A stretch of DNA of 64,000 nt from a virus. Taxonomy: Duplodnaviria; Caudoviricetes. Position numbers and translations under genes: made by a program. Position 1 is the first letter of the stretch. Every line of letters starts with the position of its first letter. The notes under the pieces were generated by a model that was given only the letters and a program-made list of their open reading frames with translations, had not been told where the DNA came from and made no database searches. Below are positions 56,824 through 64,000 of the stretch, piece after piece. The stretch spans positions 96,001 through 160,000 of the IMG/VR virus record IMGVR_UViG_3300032332_001787; one strand, 5' to 3'.

Positions 56824-57743
56824 GCTTTGTTAATGGAAATATATTACAGAAATTCTCTAAAGATAGATATAATATCGTATACTATCCTCAAAATAATTTA
56901 TTCGACTACTCTTTGATGCTTAATGATGAGTATAATTATTTTATTTTTGGAAACAATCAGAAAGACTATTATATGCCAAATATTATAGATCTTCCACAAA
57001 GTTATATATCATTATATAATTATAATTTGTCGATGACTAATAATATTATTGGATATACAACAAATAATCTTAAACAATTTCATCTAAATACTATTATTTT
57101 TACGCATTCATATAAGCCTCATTATATTAAGAAAGAGGATGCTTTATTAATTAACAAGAGACTAACTAGAGAAACGAAAGTTTTCTTTTCTGAAAAATCA
57201 AAAGAATCTTGGGGTCTGAGAGATAATGCACACGTCATAAAATATGGAATTCCACAAATATTTAGCAATCAGACAAAACAAAAAGACAGAAAAGACGTAC
57301 TGCTATTAAACTATGAAAATATGTCACATAATCAACAATTATATCAAACCATAAATACCGAAGGATATTCTTGTGATATTGTATCCTCTTGCACAGATGT
57401 ATCTTTAGACGATATTAATAATACATTCAATCAATATAAAATATGTATTGATTTAGCAGATCATAATATCTTCAACCTAATGTGTTCAATAGCTGCGGGT
57501 TGCTCTGCTATTACTATAAAAACACCAATGCTACATAACGAATATTCTAGTGTTAACGGTTTGTTTTTGATGGACTCAATAACTTCTGTGGTATCTCAAA
57601 TCAAGACCGTTATTGATCTGACTAATGATGAAAATAGCGAAAGATGTTCTAATCAAGTTTTAAACACCTTTAATTATGACACTTTTAAAAATAGCATGAA
57701 AACCCTGATAACGCGAGCAAACTCGGAGACCTTTTTATTATGA
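56814..57743 (+). CDS. degenerate GT-B-like protein
   Basis: IKYGIP, FNQYKI.ID...IAAGC..I resemble a GT-B C-domain; no EX7E. Confidence 0.5.
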   Translation: MYLSFVNGNILQKFSKDRYNIVYYPQNNLFDYSLMLNDEYNYFIFGNNQKDYYMPNIIDLPQSYISLYNYNLSMTNNIIGYTTNNLKQFHLNTIIFTHSYKPHYIKKEDALLINKRLTRETKVFFSEKSKESWGLRDNAHVIKYGIPQIFSNQTKQKDRKDVLLLNYENMSHNQQLYQTINTEGYSCDIVSSCTDVSLDDINNTFNQYKICIDLADHNIFNLMCSIAAGCSAITIKTPMLHNEYSSVNGLFLMDSITSVVSQIKTVIDLTNDENSERCSNQVLNTFNYDTFKNSMKTLITRANSETFLL

Positions 57744-58153
57744 TACCACAGATTAATATAGTTGTTAATAGCCATAATGAAGTTAAAGGATTTAATAATG
57801 TCAATATTAAAGACTTAGAACAAATCACCAACGGTTATGTTAATAATATAGTTTTTACTTGCATTGATGAACTTGAACAAGACCAAAGGGATCGTATATT
57901 TGTTTCCCTTTTAAAGAAACTCAGCCATGGAGGTTCATTAACTATCAAGTTTCTGAACCCATATGCTATAGCTCATAAGATTAAATCTGGATCAATGGAT
58001 GGAAGCGGATTTGCCAGTTCAATTAAAAACATCAAATCGTCATGGACAGAACCAGACTTTCTATCCATAGCAGCTTCCGGACAAGGATATAGATTAATCA
58101 AATTTCATAATGAAGACCTATATTCTATAGCAGTTATTGAAAAAAATAAATGA
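57740..58153 (+). CDS. truncated methyltransferase-like protein
   Basis: LLKKLSHGG.LTI resembles the class I MTase C-terminal part; no GxGxG. Confidence 0.45.
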   Translation: MIPQINIVVNSHNEVKGFNNVNIKDLEQITNGYVNNIVFTCIDELEQDQRDRIFVSLLKKLSHGGSLTIKFLNPYAIAHKIKSGSMDGSGFASSIKNIKSSWTEPDFLSIAASGQGYRLIKFHNEDLYSIAVIEKNK

Positions 58154-58839
58154 ACAAAATTGCTTGTTTTATACTATCGTATGAAATTACAAAAGGTATG
58201 AAGTCTTTTGGTCCTTTGGGATTATTAAAAGCTAACCCATCGTCCAAAGAACTCATACTCTGCCAAATTGATAGTTTAAATAAACTTTTTGATCATCCAG
58301 ACATATATGTAGTATCTGGTTTTGGTTCAGATAAAATTCATAAAAAAATACCAAATTCTATTTATAAAATTTTAAATACTTCACATGAGACCAAAAATCA
58401 TGGATATGCATTGCGTCTATTATTATCTAAAATAAAGCATTCTGAATATTGTGGATGTTTTATTATGAACGGAAGTGTTTTGTTGGGAAATATTAATAAA
58501 AATCAAATATTGTGCAAAGATTCTTCTTGGATATTATCTAGAAAAAACAAAAAATCATTATCTAAAGCAAAATTTATGGGACCGATAATGAATGATAAAG
58601 GCAAATTAGATTATATTTTTTATGATGTTGGTGAACACAATTGGTGCGATACGGTATATTTTTGCAGAGCTGATTTATTAAAACTTTCGGTTGATTCTTT
58701 TTATGACAATATGTTTTTATTTGAAATCATAAATAAGTCAATTGTTCATAATAACATACAATATGACGAGGTTGTTGTTCCAAATGATTCAGTTATAATG
58801 ATTACAGGAATAAAGGACAAACATAAAATTAAAGTATAA
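58150..58839 (+). CDS. nucleotidyltransferase-like (sugar-phosphate NTP-transferase fold), divergent
   Basis: GMKSFGP..LL, LI..QI..L, IYVVSGF..DKI. Confidence 0.55.
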   Translation: MNKIACFILSYEITKGMKSFGPLGLLKANPSSKELILCQIDSLNKLFDHPDIYVVSGFGSDKIHKKIPNSIYKILNTSHETKNHGYALRLLLSKIKHSEYCGCFIMNGSVLLGNINKNQILCKDSSWILSRKNKKSLSKAKFMGPIMNDKGKLDYIFYDVGEHNWCDTVYFCRADLLKLSVDSFYDNMFLFEIINKSIVHNNIQYDEVVVPNDSVIMITGIKDKHKIKV

Positions 58840-58842
58840 ATT

Positions 58843-59622
58843 ATGAGCATAAAAACATTAATACACACAGCTAATGAATCAGATTACCAGTTCTTTATAA
58901 GAAACTTATATGAACATGAAGATAAATTGGAGTTGGCTAATGCTAATATACATGGGAATCTTTTAGATATTTATTATCAGTTAAGATCTAGCATAGTAAT
59001 ACTACCAGCTAGCGAATATACTCAAGAATTTCATGATTTCATTACAGAATATCATAAGCAAACTAAAGTAATTATTTTTATCAATACGAATATTAAAAAT
59101 ACTCAGATTTTTCAATTCTGGAAAGAATGTTCAGTATTATGCGTAGGGAGAAGAGAATATTTTGGGGATCACTATGACGAAACCAACTGTTTAGCTTATG
59201 ACTCTTTGTATGATCATAATACCTACAGCTACACAAACCAAAACAGAAATAATAAAATTGCAGTGCTATTATCCCAGGATGATACCAAAAGCGCAGTTGC
59301 TATAGGATCATTACTATATCCAGAAACCAATGAAAAGCTGGTATTGTTCAATAGTGCTACATACTCTCATCCACAAAATGTGGGATTTTTAAATCCATCT
59401 GATACTTGCGTGGTATTAAATTCATATAAATCATTAATAGATCTCGATGATAAGTTTTGCTTAGAAGCACAAATTTGTAAGATACCCAATATATCCACAG
59501 ATGGAGATATATTATCTAATATTCAAAATTCTGTCACTAAAAAATTATGTGAAAATATTGAAAAGTATTCATATGATTCATTTATTGTAAATCAATTTTT
59601 ACCAAAAATTATAAAGGTATAA
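58843..59622 (+). CDS. hypothetical protein, possibly degenerate GT-B
   Basis: LNSYKSLIDL...LEAQIC in GT cluster. Confidence 0.5.
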   Translation: MSIKTLIHTANESDYQFFIRNLYEHEDKLELANANIHGNLLDIYYQLRSSIVILPASEYTQEFHDFITEYHKQTKVIIFINTNIKNTQIFQFWKECSVLCVGRREYFGDHYDETNCLAYDSLYDHNTYSYTNQNRNNKIAVLLSQDDTKSAVAIGSLLYPETNEKLVLFNSATYSHPQNVGFLNPSDTCVVLNSYKSLIDLDDKFCLEAQICKIPNISTDGDILSNIQNSVTKKLCENIEKYSYDSFIVNQFLPKIIKV

Positions 59623-59627
59623 CAATT

Positions 59628-60095
59628 ATGGATATAGGTTTTTATGTTTTGGATATCGAACCTAGTAGTGCATTTCAGAATCAGATATTATCATCTATCA
59701 ATGATTTGTGTAAATTAAGACCCTATGACAATATTGTTTTGTTTAATAATCAATTTAATAAACTAGACAATAATCATAAATATTATATATTGCATATTCA
59801 ACAAGCTAAATATTTTGACGGGATACTATTTGTGTTTGATACAAAGAGCGCTATGCTTACACAAACTTTTCCTTGTCCCAAAAAACAAATACTATATATC
59901 ACAGAACCAGAGTGGTCAAAGAATCCATCTTTACCATATGGCTTTTGGTATAATATCTATATGAAAGAGCAAAATAATCTTATAGCAAATTCTCAAGAAA
60001 TATATGACTTATTAGATATTTGTTGGAAAAAACCCATCAGTCTTATGCCGTCACTCAATAGCAAGGAATTAGATAATGTCATCTCTCAACTATAG
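59628..60095 (+). CDS. hypothetical protein (GT-cluster associated)
   Basis: Operon ORF. Confidence 0.6.
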   Translation: MDIGFYVLDIEPSSAFQNQILSSINDLCKLRPYDNIVLFNNQFNKLDNNHKYYILHIQQAKYFDGILFVFDTKSAMLTQTFPCPKKQILYITEPEWSKNPSLPYGFWYNIYMKEQNNLIANSQEIYDLLDICWKKPISLMPSLNSKELDNVISQL

Positions 60096-60867
60096 TCAAT
60101 TATCAGATAAGCAAAAAGTAGATGTATTACAAAAATACTATGTAGAAAAAAAATTAAGTTTTCAAGATATAGCCGGAATGTATAATACATATGCTAATAA
60201 AATTAGAAGAGATGCTAAAAAGTTAAATATCAACATAAGAGATAAAAGCGAAGCTCAAAAAAATGCTCTATCAACTGGTAAGCATAAACATCCAACAAAA
60301 GGTAGTCAAAGATCTGAAGATACCAAAAATAAAATAGGTTTGTCTGTTATGGAATCTTGGAATACTTTAAGTCCTGATGAACTACATCAAAGAAAAGAAA
60401 AAAGCAGAATCAATTGGGAGCAAATGGATGACGATGTCCGAGCTAACCTAATCAAGTCTGCTAACAATGCTGCTAGACTAAGTAGCAAAACTGGCTCAAA
60501 ACTAGAAAAATTTTTACTAGATAAGTTATTACAAGATGGCTATGTTGTAGAATTTCACAAGGAACAATCTTTACTAAATACCAAGTTGCAAATCGACCTG
60601 TTTCTTCCTACAATGAATGTGGCTATAGAAGTTGATGGGCCGTCTCACTTCTCTCCCATATGGGGAAGTGATGCTTTGGCAAAAAATCAAAAATATGACG
60701 AAAAGAAAAATGGATTATTAATTGGTAAAGGACTTAGTTTAATTAGAATCAAACAAGTAAAGGATTTTTCCAAAGCTAGGGCCAATATTATTTATCAAAA
60801 TCTTGCTGAAGTTTTACAATCAAAAGCTTACAAAACAAATACTATTTTAGAAATAAAGGACGAATAA
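60076..60867 (+). CDS. homing-endonuclease-like protein (HTH + NUMOD3 + Vsr/DUF559-type nuclease)
   Basis: KLS..DIA..Y, HPTKG..RSE.TK.KI, SKLEKFL, IDLFLP..NVAIEVDGP.H. Confidence 0.8.
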   Translation: MSSLNYSQLSDKQKVDVLQKYYVEKKLSFQDIAGMYNTYANKIRRDAKKLNINIRDKSEAQKNALSTGKHKHPTKGSQRSEDTKNKIGLSVMESWNTLSPDELHQRKEKSRINWEQMDDDVRANLIKSANNAARLSSKTGSKLEKFLLDKLLQDGYVVEFHKEQSLLNTKLQIDLFLPTMNVAIEVDGPSHFSPIWGSDALAKNQKYDEKKNGLLIGKGLSLIRIKQVKDFSKARANIIYQNLAEVLQSKAYKTNTILEIKDE

Positions 60868-60868
60868 A

Positions 60869-61606
60869 ATGATGGTAAAGGGAAAGAAAGAGACACTTGA
60901 AGAAGTTCCTCAGACACTTAATAAGATTGAAGAAAAGACTATTCCGTCTCCTAATGATCTGGCCTGGACTGACTATGTTTTGGGTCTTTTGTCTGAAGAT
61001 GAAAAAATTAGTGGAAATCCCACTACCGATGGACTAAGAAGAGTTTTTGAAATAGCTTTAAATTGTACAGTTATTGCCTCGGTGAGTGATGTTGTTCAGA
61101 CCCCTGAGCCAAATAATGAAAAAAGAGCCACCGTGGTTCACTCTATAACCTATATTTTAAATGATGGCGACCCACAGAAGCCAGAATTAAATGCCGTGAC
61201 CATAAACGGAGCTGCGGACGTTTTCTGGGGTAATTGTGACAAGGTATATCGCAACTACCCGGTAGCTGTAGCAGAAACACGAGCTGAGGGAAGAGCTTTA
61301 AGAAGGGCTCTAAAACTACGCAAAGTTGTGGCAGCAGAAGAAATCGCCAAAGATATTGAAGATCATCCTGATGAGAATTCGGTATCAAAAATTAGTGTTA
61401 ATCAAATAAACTTTATAGATGTGATTGCCCAACGACTAAATATTAATGTTGTCCTATTAATAAAAACACTTGCAATATCCGAAGAAAACGTTTATAATAT
61501 CTCTCATGAGAACGCTGTGGGCATTATCAAACAACTCACAACTTATCAGCAGGATATGACTAAAATTCCTGAAGAACTACTAGGCTATCAATCAAACTGG
61601 AAATAA
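60869..61606 (+). CDS. putative Rad52/Sak-like single-strand annealing protein
   Basis: GLRRV, ATVVH.I.Y, AVAETRAEGRALR.AL, C-terminal IS..QI.FI. Confidence 0.5.
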   Translation: MMVKGKKETLEEVPQTLNKIEEKTIPSPNDLAWTDYVLGLLSEDEKISGNPTTDGLRRVFEIALNCTVIASVSDVVQTPEPNNEKRATVVHSITYILNDGDPQKPELNAVTINGAADVFWGNCDKVYRNYPVAVAETRAEGRALRRALKLRKVVAAEEIAKDIEDHPDENSVSKISVNQINFIDVIAQRLNINVVLLIKTLAISEENVYNISHENAVGIIKQLTTYQQDMTKIPEELLGYQSNWK

Positions 61607-61609
61607 ATC

Positions 61610-61942
61610 ATGAAAGTATTTTATAAGGCTAATGATAAACTGTCCTTTGAATTAGAAGCTTCTGGTCAAAAAGAAGTTTTTAAAGAACTAGCCTTAATTC
61701 AAGAAATATTCTCAGAAGATAAATGTGGATTGTGTAAGAGCACTAATTTAAAGTTTATAGTGAGAAATGTCGAAGGTAACGACTACTATGAACTTAGGTG
61801 TGTGGATTGCGGAGCGCTTTTGGCCTTTGGACAGCACAAAAAGGGTGGTACGCTGTTTCCAAAAAGGAAAGATGATGATAATAATTGGTTACCTAATAAT
61901 GGTTGGCACAAATGGCAAAAAAATCAGTCAGAAAAAAGCTAA
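61610..61942 (+). CDS. zinc-ribbon hypothetical protein
   Basis: CGLC...YYELRCVDC..L.FGQ.K.GG.LFP. Confidence 0.7.
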   Translation: MKVFYKANDKLSFELEASGQKEVFKELALIQEIFSEDKCGLCKSTNLKFIVRNVEGNDYYELRCVDCGALLAFGQHKKGGTLFPKRKDDDNNWLPNNGWHKWQKNQSEKS

Positions 61943-62925
61943 AAAACAAAGCAATAGCATCAGAAAAAATAATTTATTTTCTGTATCAAAATGGCTTTTT
62001 ACAGAGTACTATTGTACATACTATAGTTCTACTAATAATGGCTTTAATAGTTGTTAAAGAGATAGAAAAAAAGCCCATCAAGATCAACCTCTCGTTTGCT
62101 TCAACATCTGATCAAGAAAACTTATCTCTAGATAGAGTCTTAGAATTTCCAAAAACAGAAACTCAAGAAGAATCTATTGATGTTTTTGAACAACAAAATA
62201 ATTCTAAAATTGTGGAGGCTTTAACATCAGTCGATACCTCAGAAGATATTTCTATTAAGGATATAATATTAGATAAGGAAAAATTTGATCAATCATTCAT
62301 AGATGAGATACCCCTGGCCCATCTAAATAAAGAAATTAAAATCAAAGAACAACAAAATTCTACTAGAAAAAATCATAGTGTAACAAATACCAGACAATTT
62401 GGTATAGCAGATACTAATCAATTGGAAGCGTTGTCAAAAGCTTTATCTGATAGAAGAACCACTCACGGTAATGAAAATCTATTTGCTAATAATAACGGGT
62501 CAATGGATATAGGAAATAGATTAGCATTAGCTGGTGCTAAAACTGGAGATATACAAATTTCTATAGCATGGAATACCACTGATGACATTGATTTACATGT
62601 TGGATTTAATAATGGAGCAGGAGTAACCTCTCACATATCGTGGATGAATAGATTTGGTCATGCTGGAGGAATGTTAGACGTTGACATGAATGCTAATCCA
62701 ACTAGACTAGTTAATAAACCTGTTGAAAATGTTTTTTGGCCAAAAGGTGGAGCCCCATATGGGGAGTTTATAGTTAGTATCCATAATTTTAGAAATTGGT
62801 CAGGACTAGCTGCTGTTCCAGTAATGGTTGTTATTGTTCATGAGGGTAAGACCACAACTTATCAATCTACAGTTACTACTAATAATACTAAAGAAATTGT
62901 TAGATTTAAAAGAATACCAAAATAA
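61903..62925 (+). CDS. membrane-anchored protein with C-terminal YfaP/DUF2135-like domain
   Basis: TM STIVHTIVLLIMALI; IQISIAWN..DDIDLHV, G.LDVD.N, PVENVFW, G.F.V.IH. Confidence 0.75.
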   Translation: MAQMAKKSVRKKLKNKAIASEKIIYFLYQNGFLQSTIVHTIVLLIMALIVVKEIEKKPIKINLSFASTSDQENLSLDRVLEFPKTETQEESIDVFEQQNNSKIVEALTSVDTSEDISIKDIILDKEKFDQSFIDEIPLAHLNKEIKIKEQQNSTRKNHSVTNTRQFGIADTNQLEALSKALSDRRTTHGNENLFANNNGSMDIGNRLALAGAKTGDIQISIAWNTTDDIDLHVGFNNGAGVTSHISWMNRFGHAGGMLDVDMNANPTRLVNKPVENVFWPKGGAPYGEFIVSIHNFRNWSGLAAVPVMVVIVHEGKTTTYQSTVTTNNTKEIVRFKRIPK

Positions 62926-62934
62926 AAACAATAA

Positions 62935-63420
62935 TCAGTTATTTATTGGTCCCCACTTATTAGCTGGGCAACTTTGATCTTTATGAGCTAACTTATTCTG
63001 ATGATTAGCTTCGCGAATAACAGTACATCCACAAAGTAAACAAGAATTATTTTGGAAATATTCACAAGTATTACAAATACCTAGCCTGTGTTCTATCTCT
63101 TCTTTAGAGCATAGATTATTTTCATTATTGTGATTAACTTCTCTAGCTACTTGGTCTTTTGTGTCTTGTTGTAACTGATCTAATAATGCCTCAGATATTG
63201 CTTGTTTAGAAGATCCTGCGTGAATCGGGGGAGCAACAGAGTCTCCCGTGTGCGCTTGGTGAATCTTGGAGGATAGATCTTCCATTTTTTTAAAACATAA
63301 TATCTTAGTATCCGGTGACTCTAATCCAACGGTCAAACCACAGTATTTACATTGAAAAAGTGGTTTATTATTGTAAAAAGTATTTAATGGTTGTAAATCA
63401 CAATAAGTAGAATTAATCAT
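62935..63420 (-). CDS. Cys-rich protein with C-terminal DUF6171-like motif
   Basis: CKYCG; RL.ICNTCEY...CLLCGC...CPANKW; ATG 63420 overlaps previous stop. Confidence 0.7.
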   Translation of the reverse strand: MINSTYCDLQPLNTFYNNKPLFQCKYCGLTVGLESPDTKILCFKKMEDLSSKIHQAHTGDSVAPPIHAGSSKQAISEALLDQLQQDTKDQVAREVNHNNENNLCSKEEIEHRLGICNTCEYFQNNSCLLCGCTVIREANHQNKLAHKDQSCPANKWGPINN

Positions 63421-64000
63421 ATTCAATCCTGTTAGCTCGACAACATGCTTGATCATTATCACACTTAGATGATGATCTATTATAGCAATGAGGACCTGTT
63501 TCGCAATCATCTGTTTTATATTTTGATCTTAATGATAAATTATTAGTGTCGCAATGAGAAGAAAACTCATTACATTTAATAGATGTATCTACTCCTTTTA
63601 ATATATCTTGAACATTTTTAGGTCTTCTATAAGAGTATGTGTAAGACGCTGTCAAAACAGTTACTGTTGCTTCTCTGAATTGAGGATCAGTAGTTGTTGC
63701 TCTATATTGGATAGCTGGATAACTAATTGATCCAAAATTAAGCTGACTGCAACTTCCGGGAACAACTCCCTCAATAATATCATTAATATCATATGTATTT
63801 ATATTATTTTTACAAACAGCTATATTCATATAAGCTTGTTTCATATTAGCTTTCCACTCAGACACATACACTCTATTGGCATCATTATTAGAAGTTTCTA
63901 TAGGAAAATGCACACCTATATCGCAACCAACTACCGCTGGTGGTCCTAATCCACTAGTATCTCGATCATAATGAATATTAAAGTAATTGCCTGGAGTACA
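63413..64000 (-). CDS. 3' part of Cys-containing hypothetical protein (truncated by window end)
   Basis: Frame open from 64000 (CTPGNYFNIHYDRD...) through the track ORF to stop at 63413. Confidence 0.7.
   Translation of the reverse strand, partial: CTPGNYFNIHYDRDTSGLGPPAVVGCDIGVHFPIETSNNDANRVYVSEWKANMKQAYMNIAVCKNNINTYDINDIIEGVVPGSCSQLNFGSISYPAIQYRATTTDPQFREATVTVLTASYTYSYRRPKNVQDILKGVDTSIKCNEFSSHCDTNNLSLRSKYKTDDCETGPHCYNRSSSKCDNDQACCRANRIEYD

Noticed and set aside
1196-61388. Short shadow ORFs from the track (e.g. 1196-1405, 2201-2482, 5343-5888, 11440-11767, 12725-13089, 19067-19725, 21787-22374, 29333-29860, 45126-46184, 52652-53914)
   Set aside because: They lie antisense or out of frame inside well-supported genes, lack RBSs and show no motifs.
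1-64000. Stop-codon reassignment (seen in some huge phages)
   Set aside because: TAA, TAG and TGA all end tightly packed genes, and conserved proteins are uninterrupted in code 11.
1-64000. Giant eukaryotic virus origin (SET, GT17, subtilisin)
   Set aside because: SD sites, overlapping operons, sigma70-type promoters, DnaE/DnaB/DnaG/SSB/RecA and tail fibres indicate a bacteriophage.
1-64000. tRNA, rRNA, CRISPR array, DGR template repeat or reverse transcriptase
   Set aside because: Intergenic gaps are short and AT-rich; no cloverleaf, spaced repeats, second copy of the 22386-22514 block or RT motif noticed by eye. tRNAscan-SE or Infernal would be needed to exclude fully.

Overview
This AT-rich (roughly 30% GC by eye), gene-dense, almost entirely plus-strand window is part of a large tailed bacteriophage (jumbo/huge-phage type) read in the standard genetic code. 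It has Shine-Dalgarno sites, a phage sigma-70-family factor and a bacterial-type replisome: DnaB, DnaG-like primase, DnaE, SSB, RecA and RuvB. It also carries nucleotide metabolism genes (nrdAB, dut, dCMP deaminase, dNMP kinase, guaC, NDT-like), phoH, a tail-fibre/receptor-binding block, a holin-like/papain-peptidase envelope block and three glycosyltransferase clusters. Several gene families hint at a Planctomycetota-like host (inference). No tRNA, rRNA, CRISPR array, reverse transcriptase or intein was recognised. Main observations: (1) a circularly permuted FGE/C-type-lectin domain in a tail protein, with an internal GC-rich segment that looks like a DGR variable region; (2) an intein-free split DnaE with a proofreading exonuclease gene between the halves; (3) tandem SET-domain methyltransferases sharing a CxCxxCxxH insert; (4) a conserved RGTGTAT(A/T) motif about 36-53 nt upstream of about ten genes, a candidate phage-sigma promoter; (5) a GT4 with a zinc-ribbon insert directly after ssb; (6) an actin-like ATPase; (7) several apparent pseudoenzymes (DeoC-like, bacterioferritin-like, papain paralogue); (8) a probable ATT start codon. 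All family assignments are by-eye motif recognition, not database searches.
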